Assembly: GCA_963716935.1 (NCBI GenBank)
Contig: CAVQUN010000002.1
Coordinates: forward strand, 149,830-213,829
DNA length: 64,000 nt
DNA from: an uncultured Actinomycetes bacterium
GTDB lineage: Bacteria > Actinomycetota > UBA4738 > HRBIN12
Direction of reading: 5' to 3'
Part shown: positions 1 through 8,994 of the stretch, piece after piece
Numbering within the stretch: the first letter of the stretch is position 1
Layout: each line of letters starts with the position of its first letter
The notes under the pieces: model-generated
Databases searched by the model: none
The model's input: only the letters and a program-made list of their open reading frames with translations
What the model was told of the DNA's origin: nothing
Made by a program: the position numbers and the translations under genes

Positions 1-1
1 T

Positions 2-55
2 CGCCCGTCGCGGGCCAAGGTGCCGGCCGCGACCGGCGCCCAGGCGTCCTCGTAA
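2..55 (+). CDS. 3' end of upstream gene, probably the RecA C-terminal tail (partial)
   Basis: Open frame RPSRAKVPAATGAQASS ending at TAA 53-55, 27 bp before recX. The recA identity rests only on the usual recA-recX synteny. Confidence 0.4.
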   Translation, partial: RPSRAKVPAATGAQASS

Positions 56-82
56 CTCGGGCCGGCACGGGTCGACGGAACC

Positions 83-562
83 ATGCCGCCGAAGGCCCCC
101 CTCGACTGTCACGAGCGCGCGTTGGGGCTGCTCGCGGTCCGGGCCCGGTCCCGGCGCGAGCTCGAGTCCCGTCTCCTGCGGGCGGGGTTCGACGCCGCGG
201 AGGTCGGCGACGAGCTCGCCCGGCTCGAGGCCGTTGGGCTGGTCGACGACGAGGCGTTCGCTCGCCAGGTCGCCGAGCACGAGCTCGTCAACCGCCGCGC
301 CGGCCGCCGGGCGATCGTGAGCCGGCTGACGGCCAAGGGGCTCGACCGCCGGGCGATCGACCAGGTCCTAGACGAGTTCGCGGGCGAACCCGACGAGGTG
401 CGGGCGATCGAGCTCGCCCGCACGCGGACCCGGCGCCTGCAAGCCCTTGCCCCGGAGCAGGCGCTCTCGAGGCTGGTGGGGTTCCTGGCGCGGCGCGGGT
501 ACGACCTGGACGTCGCCCGGCGCGCCGCCCGGACGGCCCTACAGATGGACGTGCCGGACTGA
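83..562 (+). CDS. recX: Regulatory protein RecX
   Basis: ALGLLAVRARSRRELESRL, LVDDEAFA and FLARRGY helical repeats typical of RecX; recX-rny-miaB context. Confidence 0.93.
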   Translation: MPPKAPLDCHERALGLLAVRARSRRELESRLLRAGFDAAEVGDELARLEAVGLVDDEAFARQVAEHELVNRRAGRRAIVSRLTAKGLDRRAIDQVLDEFAGEPDEVRAIELARTRTRRLQALAPEQALSRLVGFLARRGYDLDVARRAARTALQMDVPD

Positions 563-592
563 GCGCGGGTCCCCCGAGGCGGGCCCCGGCCC

Positions 593-621
593 TTGCCTCG
601 CGACCACGGACGCCGTACCCT
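593..621 (+). promoter_or_regulatory. Sigma-A-type promoter for the rny leader
   Basis: TTGCCT (593-598), 17-bp spacer, TACCCT (616-621). Confidence 0.55.
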
Positions 622-627
622 CGCGGG

Positions 628-818
628 AAGAAGGTTCATCGGATCGTCAACTGTTCGACACGTGCCTGAATCGATCGTCTTGAGCAACCAGTCGCCGCAG
701 GGAGCAGATCGGATCTGGGGCCGCGAGGGCCCGCCAGGCCACCGCACGCCGTAGATCGCCTCTTTCGGACGCACGGCCGAACAGGCCCGATGGGCCTTGG
801 TTCGGCCGTTTGTTCTTT
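628..818 (+). ncRNA. Candidate structured RNA/leader upstream of rny (possibly 6S-like)
   Basis: About 190 nt of non-coding sequence between the promoter and a strong hairpin; contains TGTTCG, CCTGAA, TTGAG and GGGAGC elements reminiscent of 6S RNAs. Confidence 0.35.
773..818 (+). terminator. Terminator/attenuator-like hairpin directly before the rny RBS
   Basis: ACGGCCGAAC-AGGCCC-gat-GGGCCT-tg-GTTCGGCCGT followed by a T-rich tract, then GGAGG at 819-823. Confidence 0.6.
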
Positions 819-829
819 GGAGGCGAGCG

Positions 830-2362
830 ATGGAAGCGGTGGTGGTGGGCATCGTGGCCCTCGCTCTCGGCGTCGCGATCGGCTTCGTGGTTCGCAAGGC
901 CGTCGCGCAATCGCAGGCTCAGAGCGCCGAAGCCCGGGCGCAGAAGGTGATCCTGGAAGCCGAGCGCGAAGCGGAGCGCCTCACGCGAGAGGCGCTCGTG
1001 GTCGCAAAGGACGAGATCGGGGCCCTCCGGCGGGACGCCGAGGAGGATCTGCGGTCGCGGCGCGAGGAGGTCAAGCGCCAGGAGGATCGGTTCGCGCAGA
1101 AGGAGCGCGCGATCGACCGCAAGCTCGACGAGGTCGACAAACGCTCCGAGGAGCTCGAGGACCGCGACGCGAAGCTCCAGATGGTGCGGCAGCAGCTCGA
1201 GCACGCCGCCGAGCAGCATCGCCGGCGCCTCGAGGAGATCGCGCAGATGACCGGCCAGGAGGCCCGGGAGGCGCTGCGCGGCCAGGTGGTCGACGAGGCC
1301 AAGCGCGAGGCGATGTCGACCGTCCGCGAGATCGAGCAGCGGGCGCGCGAGGAGGGCGAGGAGCGCGCGCGCAAGATCGTGACGATCGCGATCCAGCGGG
1401 TCGCGTCCGAGCAAACCAGCGAGTCCACCGTGTCCGTGTTCTCGCTTCCGAGCGAGGACATGAAGGGGCGGATCATCGGCCGCGAGGGGCGCAACATCCG
1501 CGCGTTCGAGGCCGCCACGGGCGTCAACCTCATCATCGACGACACCCCAGAGGCGGTCGTGCTCTCATGCTTCGACCCGGTCCGGCGCGAGACCGCGCGC
1601 CTCACGCTCGAGAAGCTCGTGCAGGACGGGCGGATCCATCCGGCGCGGATCGAGGAGACGTACGAGCGTTCGCAGAAGGAGATCGAGGAGCAGATCAAGC
1701 GCGCGGGCGAGGAGGCGGTCCTCGACGTCGGGATCCCCGACATCCACCCGGAGATGATCCGGCTCCTCGGGCGCCTGCAGTTCCGCACGTCGTACGGGCA
1801 GAACGTCCTCAAGCACCTGGTCGAGTCCGCGCACATCGCCGCGGCGATCAGCGCCGAGCTCGGTCTCGACCCGACGGTGCCCAAGCGCGGGGCGCTCCTG
1901 CACGACATCGGCAAGGCCGTGACGCACGAGGTCGAGGGATCGCACGCGATCATCGGCGCCGAGATCGCCCGGCGGATGAAGGAGTCCCCCGAGGTGGTCC
2001 ACTGCATCGAGTCGCACCACGGGGAGGTCGAGCAGCGCACGATCGAGGCCGTGATCGCGCAGATCGCCGACGGGATCTCGGGCGGGCGGCCCGGAGCCCG
2101 GCGGGAGAGCCTGGAGACCTACGTGAAGCGGCTCGAGCGCCTCGAGGAGATCTGCTCGAGCTACCCGGGGGTCGAGAAGGTCTACGCGATGCAGGCCGGG
2201 CGCGAGGTGCGGGTCATGGTCAAGCCGCTCGACGTCGACGACCTGGCCGCGCAGGTGATGGCGCGCGACATCGCGAAGCAGGTCGAGGAGGAGCTGCAGT
2301 ACCCCGGCCAGATCAAGATCACGGTCGTGCGCGAGACGCGCTCGGTCGAGTACGCGAAGTAG
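830..2362 (+). CDS. rny: Ribonuclease Y
   Basis: N-terminal TM segment, coiled coil, KH domain (KGRIIGREGRNIR), HD domain (LLHDIGK); RBS GGAGG at 819-823. Confidence 0.97.
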   Translation: MEAVVVGIVALALGVAIGFVVRKAVAQSQAQSAEARAQKVILEAEREAERLTREALVVAKDEIGALRRDAEEDLRSRREEVKRQEDRFAQKERAIDRKLDEVDKRSEELEDRDAKLQMVRQQLEHAAEQHRRRLEEIAQMTGQEAREALRGQVVDEAKREAMSTVREIEQRAREEGEERARKIVTIAIQRVASEQTSESTVSVFSLPSEDMKGRIIGREGRNIRAFEAATGVNLIIDDTPEAVVLSCFDPVRRETARLTLEKLVQDGRIHPARIEETYERSQKEIEEQIKRAGEEAVLDVGIPDIHPEMIRLLGRLQFRTSYGQNVLKHLVESAHIAAAISAELGLDPTVPKRGALLHDIGKAVTHEVEGSHAIIGAEIARRMKESPEVVHCIESHHGEVEQRTIEAVIAQIADGISGGRPGARRESLETYVKRLERLEEICSSYPGVEKVYAMQAGREVRVMVKPLDVDDLAAQVMARDIAKQVEEELQYPGQIKITVVRETRSVEYAK

Positions 2363-2395
2363 GCGCCGGCGCCGGCCGGGGGTAGCCTCGACGCG

Positions 2396-3736
2396 ATGAC
2401 CGAGCCCCGCTACCTGCTGCGCACCTTCGGGTGCCAGATGAACGAGCACGACTCCGAGCGGATCGCCGGGCTGCTCACCGCCGACGGCTACGTGCCGACC
2501 GAGCAGGCCGCCGAGGCCGACGTCGTCGTCTTCAACACGTGCGCGATCCGCGAGAACGCCGACAACCGGCTGTACGGGAACCTCGGGCATCTGCGGCCGC
2601 TGAAGGAGGCGAACCCGCGGATGCGCGTCGTGGTGGCGGGGTGCCTGGCGCAGAAGGACGGCGGGCGGATCCAGGAGCGCGCGCCGTGGGTCGACGTCGT
2701 CGTGGGCACGCACGCCCTGCCCGAGCTCCTCGAGCTCCTGCGCCGCGCCGAGGCCGAGGGGCCCCAGCTGGACGTTCGCGAGCAGACCGAGATCTTCCCG
2801 AGCGCCCTGCCGGCGCTGCGCGAGGTCGCGCACCACGCGTGGATCTCGATCGCCGTCGGGTGCGACAACGCGTGCACGTTCTGCATCGTGCCGCTCGTGC
2901 GCGGGCCGCAGCGATCGCGGCCGATCGGCGACGTCCTCGCCGAGGTGCAGGGCCTCGCGCGGGCGGGGGTGGTCGAGGTGACGCTGCTCGGGCAGAACGT
3001 CAACACGTACGGCCGCGACGTCACCGTCCCCGGCTCGCCGCGGCGGCCGCTCTTCGCCGAGCTGCTGCGCGCGGTGAACGAGGTCGACGGGATCCGCCGC
3101 ATCCGTTTCACGAGCCCGCACCCGCACGACTTCACGCCGGACGTGATCGACGCGATGGCCGAGGGCGAGAAGGTGTGCGAGCACATCCACTTCCCGCTCC
3201 AGTCCGGCTCGGACGCCGTGTTGCAGGCGATGCGCCGGTCGTACCGGCGCGAGCGGTACCTCGAGTGGCTCGAGCGGATCCGGGCCGCGATCCCGGGCAT
3301 CGCCGTCAGCACCGACGTCATCGTCGGGTTCCCGGGCGAGACGGAGGCCGACTTCGCCGGCACGCTCGAGGCCGTGGAGCGCGCGCGGTTCGACCAGGCC
3401 TACACCTTCCAGTACTCGCCCCGACCGGGGACGCGGGCCGCGACCATGGACGGCGCCGCCCCGAAGGAGCTCGTGCAGGAGCGGTTCGACCGCCTCGTCG
3501 CGCTCCAGGAGCGCATTTCGATGGAGCGCATGCAGGCGCAGGTGGGGGCGACGGCCGAGGTCCTGATCGAGGGCACCGGCCGCAAGGGCGGCGCGCAGGG
3601 CCGGACCCGGACGAACCGGGTCGTGCACCTGGGCTCCGACCTCGCGCGGGGGACGTTCCTCGACGCGCGGATCGTCGCGGCCCACCCGCACCACCTGGAC
3701 GGCGAGCTCGTCCGGGAGCCGGCCTCGGTCGGCTGA
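2396..3736 (+). CDS. miaB: tRNA-2-methylthio-N6-dimethylallyladenosine synthase
   Basis: TFGCQMNEHDSE, NTCAIRE, radical-SAM CDNACTFC, C-terminal TRAM domain. Confidence 0.96.
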   Translation: MTEPRYLLRTFGCQMNEHDSERIAGLLTADGYVPTEQAAEADVVVFNTCAIRENADNRLYGNLGHLRPLKEANPRMRVVVAGCLAQKDGGRIQERAPWVDVVVGTHALPELLELLRRAEAEGPQLDVREQTEIFPSALPALREVAHHAWISIAVGCDNACTFCIVPLVRGPQRSRPIGDVLAEVQGLARAGVVEVTLLGQNVNTYGRDVTVPGSPRRPLFAELLRAVNEVDGIRRIRFTSPHPHDFTPDVIDAMAEGEKVCEHIHFPLQSGSDAVLQAMRRSYRRERYLEWLERIRAAIPGIAVSTDVIVGFPGETEADFAGTLEAVERARFDQAYTFQYSPRPGTRAATMDGAAPKELVQERFDRLVALQERISMERMQAQVGATAEVLIEGTGRKGGAQGRTRTNRVVHLGSDLARGTFLDARIVAAHPHHLDGELVREPASVG

Positions 3737-4662
3737 TGAGCACGAGCGGCGAGCCGTTCCTCGCGCTCGTCGGGCCGACCGCCTCCGGCAAGACCGCCGC
3801 CGCGGTCGCCCTCGCAGAGCGCCTCGGCGCCGAGATCGTGTCGGTCGACTCGATGCTCGTCTACCGGGGGATGGACGTCGGGACGGCCAAGCCGACGCCA
3901 CGGGAGCGAGCCCGCGTCCCGCACCACCTGATCGACGTCGTGGAGCCGTCCGAGCCCTTCAGCGTGGCTCGCTACCAGGAGCTCTGCCGGACCGCCGTGG
4001 GCTCGATCCGGGGCCGGAACCGGCGCGTCCTGCTCGCGGGCGGCACGACCCTCTACCTGCGGGCCGTCGTCGACGACCTCGAGTTCCCGGGGACCGACCC
4101 GTCCGTGCGGGCCGCGCTCGAGCGGGAGGCCGAGCGCCTGGGCGCGGTCAGGATGTACGAGCGCCTCGCCGCGAGCGACCCGGTCGCGGCGGCGAAGATC
4201 GAGCCCGCCAACGTCCGCCGCGTGGTCCGGGCGCTCGAGGTCGCCGAGCTCACGGGGCGGCCCTTCTCGAGCTTCGCGCGGGCATGGGGTCGCTACGACC
4301 CGGGGCGGCTGCGCGCGGCCGGCGTCGCCATGCAGCGCGAGGTGCTCGAGGACCGGATCCGGGCGCGCGTCGCGTCGATGCTCGGTGCCGGGCTGCTCGA
4401 GGAGGTTCGCGCGCTCGTCGATAGCGGCCTCGGCCGATGGCTCACCGCGGCGCAGGCCATCGGGTACGCTGAGTTCGCCCGCCACCTCGCCGGCGAGCTC
4501 TCGCTCGAGGACGCGGTCGCGGGCACCGTGAAGCGCACGAAGTCGCTCGCGCGCCGGCAGCTGGCGTTCCTGCGCCGCGACCCGCGGATCCGGTGGTTCG
4601 AGGCGGGACCCGACGGCGCGACGGCGTTCGTCGACGAGATCGCGGAGCACCTCGATGGATGA
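3736..4662 (+). CDS. miaA: tRNA dimethylallyltransferase
   Basis: GPTASGKT P-loop, SVDSMLVYRGMDVGTAKP, PHHLID; ATG overlaps the miaB stop. Confidence 0.96.
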   Translation: MSTSGEPFLALVGPTASGKTAAAVALAERLGAEIVSVDSMLVYRGMDVGTAKPTPRERARVPHHLIDVVEPSEPFSVARYQELCRTAVGSIRGRNRRVLLAGGTTLYLRAVVDDLEFPGTDPSVRAALEREAERLGAVRMYERLAASDPVAAAKIEPANVRRVVRALEVAELTGRPFSSFARAWGRYDPGRLRAAGVAMQREVLEDRIRARVASMLGAGLLEEVRALVDSGLGRWLTAAQAIGYAEFARHLAGELSLEDAVAGTVKRTKSLARRQLAFLRRDPRIRWFEAGPDGATAFVDEIAEHLDG

Positions 4663-5530
4663 GCTGAGGATCGGGAAGTACCACGGGACCGGGAACGACT
4701 TCGTCCTGCTCGAGGACCTCGACGACGAACGGCCGCTCGACCCCGCGCTCGTCGCCGCGCTGTGCGATCGCCATCGCGGCGTGGGCGCCGACGGCGTGAT
4801 CCGGGTAACCCGGGGGTCTGAGCCCGGGACTGACTTCTTCATGGACTATCGCAACGCGGACGGCTCGCTCGCCGAGATGTGCGGCAACGGCGTCCGGTGC
4901 CTCGGGAAGCTGGTGTTCGACCGCGGCCACACGGCGGCAACGGAGCTCGAGATCGGCACTCGCGCCGGGATCAAGCACCTGTCCCTGGACGTCCGCGACG
5001 GTGTCGTGCGCGCGGTCACGGTGGGGATGGGCCCGCCCGCGTTCCGGCGCGGGGACATCCCGATGGCGGGACCGGCCGACGAGCCGTTCCTCACCGAGGC
5101 CTTCGAGATCGACGGTCAGACCTTCAAGGCGAGCGCCGTCTCGATGGGCAACCCGCACCTCGTGCTGTTCGTCGAGCGCGACCCCAGCGAGCTGGACGTG
5201 CGCGAGATCGGACCGCGGATCGAAACCGATCCCCGGTTCCCCGAGAAGACGAACGTCGAGTTCGTGGACGTGCAGGACGGCGGCGTGAAGGCCCGGGTCT
5301 GGGAGCGCGGCTCGGGCGAGACGATGGCCTGCGGCACCGGCGCGTGCGCCGCGCTCGTCGCCGCGAACGAGGCAGGGCTCGTACCCGCTCGCGCCGAGGT
5401 GCGGTTCCCCGGCGGCACGCTCGTCGTCGAGCGCGCGGAGTCCGAGGTGCTGCTGACCGGGCCGGCCGAGCGCGTCTTCGAAGCGACGATCGACCCGGCG
5501 TGGCTCGCCGCCCGGGGGTTGCCCGCGTGA
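4655..5530 (+). CDS. dapF: Diaminopimelate epimerase
   Basis: KYHGTGNDF, EMCGNG, SMGNPH and ERGSGETMACGTG catalytic motifs. Confidence 0.96.
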   Translation: MDELRIGKYHGTGNDFVLLEDLDDERPLDPALVAALCDRHRGVGADGVIRVTRGSEPGTDFFMDYRNADGSLAEMCGNGVRCLGKLVFDRGHTAATELEIGTRAGIKHLSLDVRDGVVRAVTVGMGPPAFRRGDIPMAGPADEPFLTEAFEIDGQTFKASAVSMGNPHLVLFVERDPSELDVREIGPRIETDPRFPEKTNVEFVDVQDGGVKARVWERGSGETMACGTGACAALVAANEAGLVPARAEVRFPGGTLVVERAESEVLLTGPAERVFEATIDPAWLAARGLPA

Positions 5531-6681
5531 GGGTCGCCCGCCGCATCGAGACGCTCCCGCCGTACCTGTTCGCCGAGCTCGACAAGAAGGTGTCGGCCAA
5601 GCGCGCCGAGGGCGTCGACGTCATCTCGCTCGGCGTCGGCGACCCGGACCTGCCCACGCCCGAGTACGTCCTGGACGCCATGCGCGAGGCGATCGCCGAC
5701 CCGGAGACCCATCGCTACCCGAGCTACTGGGGCTCGGCGGAGTTCCGGGCCGCCGTCGCGAGCTGGTACCGGCGCCGGTTCGGGGTGGAGCTCGATCCCG
5801 AGCACGAGGTGATCGCGCTGATCGGCTCGAAGGAGGGGATCGGCCACATCGCCTTCGCGTACCTGGACCCGGGAGACGAGGCCCTGATCCCGGACCCCGG
5901 CTACCCCGTCTACGGCGTCTCGACCCGCCTCGCGGGCGCCACGCCGGTGTCCCTGCCGATGTCGCCCGATCGCGGCTTCCTCCCGAACCTGTCGTCGGCG
6001 CCGGTGAGCGAGCGGACCAAGCTGCTCTGGCTGAACTTCCCGTCCAACCCCACGGCCGCCGTCGCTGACCCCGACACGTTCGCGGAGGCGGTGGTGTTCG
6101 CGCGGGCGCACGACCTGCTCCTGCTCCACGACGCGGCGTACAGCGAGATCACGTTCGACGGCTACGTGGCGCCCTCGGTCCTGCAGGTGCCGGGGGCGAA
6201 GGACGTCGCGCTTGAGTTCGGCTCGGCGTCGAAGTTCTCGAACATGACCGGGTGGCGCATCGGCTGGGCGGCGGGATCGGCCGATGCGGTCCGTGCGCTC
6301 GGCGTCGTGAAGACCAACCTCGACAGCGGGCAGTTCACGGCGATCCAGCGGGCGGGCATCGCCGCGCTCGACGGTCCGCCCGAGTTTCTGGACGAGCTCC
6401 GTGCCACGTACCAGCGCCGGCGCGACCTCGTCATCGAGACGCTGAACGGGCTCGGCTGGTCGCTCAAGCCGCCGCTCGGATCGTGCTACGTCTGGGCGCC
6501 GGTTCCGCCGGGTCACACGTCCGCGTCGTTCGCGGACCGGCTGCTCGACGAGGCGGGGGTGTTCGTCGCCCCCGGCAGCGGGTACGGCGAGCACGGCGAG
6601 GGGTACGTGCGCCTCTCGCTCACCGTGCCCGACGATCGGCTCGCCGAGGCGATGGAGCGCCTCGGCGGGATCGTCGCCTGA
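5527..6681 (+). CDS. dapL: LL-diaminopimelate aminotransferase (PLP class I/II)
   Basis: LPPYLFAE, LGVGDPD, LIGSKEGIGH, NFPSNPT, DAAYSE, SKFSNMTGWRIG; translationally coupled to dapF. Confidence 0.85.
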   Translation: MRVARRIETLPPYLFAELDKKVSAKRAEGVDVISLGVGDPDLPTPEYVLDAMREAIADPETHRYPSYWGSAEFRAAVASWYRRRFGVELDPEHEVIALIGSKEGIGHIAFAYLDPGDEALIPDPGYPVYGVSTRLAGATPVSLPMSPDRGFLPNLSSAPVSERTKLLWLNFPSNPTAAVADPDTFAEAVVFARAHDLLLLHDAAYSEITFDGYVAPSVLQVPGAKDVALEFGSASKFSNMTGWRIGWAAGSADAVRALGVVKTNLDSGQFTAIQRAGIAALDGPPEFLDELRATYQRRRDLVIETLNGLGWSLKPPLGSCYVWAPVPPGHTSASFADRLLDEAGVFVAPGSGYGEHGEGYVRLSLTVPDDRLAEAMERLGGIVA

Positions 6682-8027
6682 TGTCGCAGGACGGCCGCAA
6701 GCGCCCGCGGGGCGTCCACGAGACCACCACGCTCGAGTCGCCGCTTGCGGCGACCTGGCGCCCCCGCGTGCCCGAGAAAGCGGTGCTCGTCGGCGTCGGC
6801 CGCGGGATCGAGGAATCCGACCTCGACGAGCTCGCGGCGCTCGCCGACAGCGCCGGCGCCGAGCCCGTAGCGCGCGTCCTGCAGACGCGGCAGGACCCGA
6901 ACCCCACGACGTTCGTCGGCAAGGGCAAGCTCGACGAGGTCCACCAGGCCGTGCATCGCACGGGGGCGGGGGCCGTGATCCTGGACGACGAGCTCTCGCC
7001 GGGGCAGCTCCGGAACCTGGAGGAGCGGCTGAAGGTCAAGGTGGTCGACCGCACCGCCCTGATCCTGGACATCTTTGCGCTGCACGCCCGCAGCCGCGAG
7101 GGCAAGGCGCAGGTGGAGCTCGCCCAGCTCAACTACCTCCTGCCGAGGCTCCGGGGCTGGGGCGAGGCCATGAGCCGGCTCGGGGGTGGAATCGGCACTC
7201 GCGGTCCCGGCGAGACGAAGCTCGAGGTTGACCGGCAGCACATCCGGCGGCGGATCTCCAAGCTCCGCAAGGACCTGAAGGACCTTGCCCGAACGCGCGA
7301 GGTCAAGCGCTCGGGGCGCGAGCGCTCCGGCGTGCCGCAGATCGCGATCGCCGGCTACACGAACGCGGGCAAGTCGACGCTGATGAACGCGCTCGCGCGC
7401 TCGGACGTCCTGGTGGCCAACCAGCTGTTCGCGACGCTCGACCCGACGGTCCGCCGCATCGAGCTGCCGAGCGGGCGCGCGGCCACGATCTCGGACACGG
7501 TCGGCTTCGTGAGCAAGCTCCCTCACGAGCTCGTCGAGGCGTTCCGCTCGACCCTCGAGGAGGTCGCGCGCGCGACGCTCGTCCTGCACGTCGCGGACGC
7601 GTCCTCGCCCGAGCTCGCGCAGCAGATCGACGCCGTCCGCGCGGTACTCCACGAGATCGGCGCCTCGCAGGTTCCGGCGGTCGTGGCGCTGAACAAGGCC
7701 GACCGCTTGTCGCAGCACGAGCGGGCGCGGATCCTCGCACGCGTCGACGATCGCGCGGTCGCGATCTCGGCGCTCACCGGCGAGGGGCTCGGCGAGCTCA
7801 TGGAGCGGGTCGAGGCCGCGATCCCGCGGTTCCCGGTCGAGGTGGCGCTCCTCGTCCCGTTCGGCCGCGAAGACCTCACCGCGATGCTGTACCGGGAGGC
7901 GGAGGTACTGTCCGAGGACGCCATCGAGACCGGGACGATGGTTCGGGCGCGCGTGGGGGAGCGCGCGCTCGCCGCGGTGCGCGAGTTCCAGGTGGACGAG
8001 CCGGGCCGCAAGGCCGGCCTCGGGTAG
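6681..8027 (+). CDS. hflX: Ribosome-splitting GTPase HflX
   Basis: GGGIGTRGPGETKLE, GYTNAGKS, DTVGF, NKAD. Confidence 0.96.
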   Translation: MSQDGRKRPRGVHETTTLESPLAATWRPRVPEKAVLVGVGRGIEESDLDELAALADSAGAEPVARVLQTRQDPNPTTFVGKGKLDEVHQAVHRTGAGAVILDDELSPGQLRNLEERLKVKVVDRTALILDIFALHARSREGKAQVELAQLNYLLPRLRGWGEAMSRLGGGIGTRGPGETKLEVDRQHIRRRISKLRKDLKDLARTREVKRSGRERSGVPQIAIAGYTNAGKSTLMNALARSDVLVANQLFATLDPTVRRIELPSGRAATISDTVGFVSKLPHELVEAFRSTLEEVARATLVLHVADASSPELAQQIDAVRAVLHEIGASQVPAVVALNKADRLSQHERARILARVDDRAVAISALTGEGLGELMERVEAAIPRFPVEVALLVPFGREDLTAMLYREAEVLSEDAIETGTMVRARVGERALAAVREFQVDEPGRKAGLG

Positions 8028-8080
8028 GCGAGGGGAAACCGCCGTTGCCCCGACCGCGCACCAGCCCCCATACTCCCGGC

Positions 8081-8413
8081 ATGTCGCCGCCCGAGGACGC
8101 CGCCGAGCGCCACCGCGAGAAGCTCGAGGCCCTGCGCGCCGCCGTCCTCGACGGACCCGGGCTGCTGTCGCCGGAGGCCCGGCGCGCCGCCGCAAGCGGG
8201 GAGGGCGCCCCCGAGCCGTTCGCCGACTACGTGGGGACGATCCACCGAAACGCTTACCGGGTCACCGACCGGACGGTGGCGGGACTCGCCGAGGCCGGCG
8301 CGAGCGACGACCAGGTGTTCGAGATCAGCGTCGCGGCGGCCTACGGCGCCGCGCGCGCCCGGCTGGACGCCGGGCTCCGGGCCCTCGACTCCGCCCGGGA
8401 GAAGGCCCGATGA
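8081..8413 (+). CDS. Small AhpD/CMD-fold-like protein without cysteine
   Basis: IHRNAYRVTDRTVAGLAEAGASDDQVFEISVAAA resembles the helical half of AhpD/CMD proteins. Putative leaderless promoter TTGCCC-N18-CATACT-N6-ATG. Confidence 0.65.
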   Translation: MSPPEDAAERHREKLEALRAAVLDGPGLLSPEARRAAASGEGAPEPFADYVGTIHRNAYRVTDRTVAGLAEAGASDDQVFEISVAAAYGAARARLDAGLRALDSAREKAR

Positions 8414-8991
8414 GGCTCGAGTCCGTCGCGCGCGGCCGGGGCCTCGGCGCCAAGGCCAAGTTCGCGATGATCCGGCTGATGTCGGGGGCGCCGACGCTCG
8501 ACGTCGTGAAGACGCTCTCGTTCCGGCCGGCGTTCTTCGGGAACCCGTTCAACCAGCTGATCGAGGAGGTCATGCGCGGTCCGTCGGAGTGGACGGTCGG
8601 CGAGCGAGAGCTGTTCGCCGCGTTCGTCTCCGAACGGAACCGATGCGAGTTCTGAACGGGAGCCCACGGCGCGGTCGCGTCGAAGAGCTTCGGGGACGAG
8701 GAGACGCGCGCCGTCCTTCGGGACTGGCGATCGGCGCCGGTCGAGCCGAAGGTACGCGCGGCGCTCGCGATGCTCGAGACGCTGACGCTGCGGCCCGACG
8801 AGCTCGACGGGGTGGACGTGGCGCCGATGCTCGAGGCCGGAGTGAGCGAGGCGGCCGTCGTCGACGCCATGTACGTCGGCTTCCTGTTCAACACGATCGA
8901 CCGGATCGCCGACTCGCTCGGGTTCCTCACCGTGACGCCGGAGGGCTACGGCAAGAGCGCCGACCGGCTCCTGAAGCACGGGTACCTGTAG
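8410..8991 (+). CDS. AhpD/carboxymuconolactone decarboxylase-like selenoprotein (TGA 8653-8655 read as Sec)
   Basis: ERELFAAFVSERNRCEF-TGA-TGAH matches the AhpD E..N.CxxC...H motif. The frame stays open past the TGA and joins ORF 8770..8991. Confidence 0.85.
8659..8691 (+). promoter_or_regulatory. Bacterial SECIS-like hairpin
   Basis: Lower stem GGAGC/GCTTC, upper stem CGGCGC/GCGTCG, apical loop GGTC starting 18 nt after the UGA. Confidence 0.7.
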
Positions 8992-8994
8992 GGC

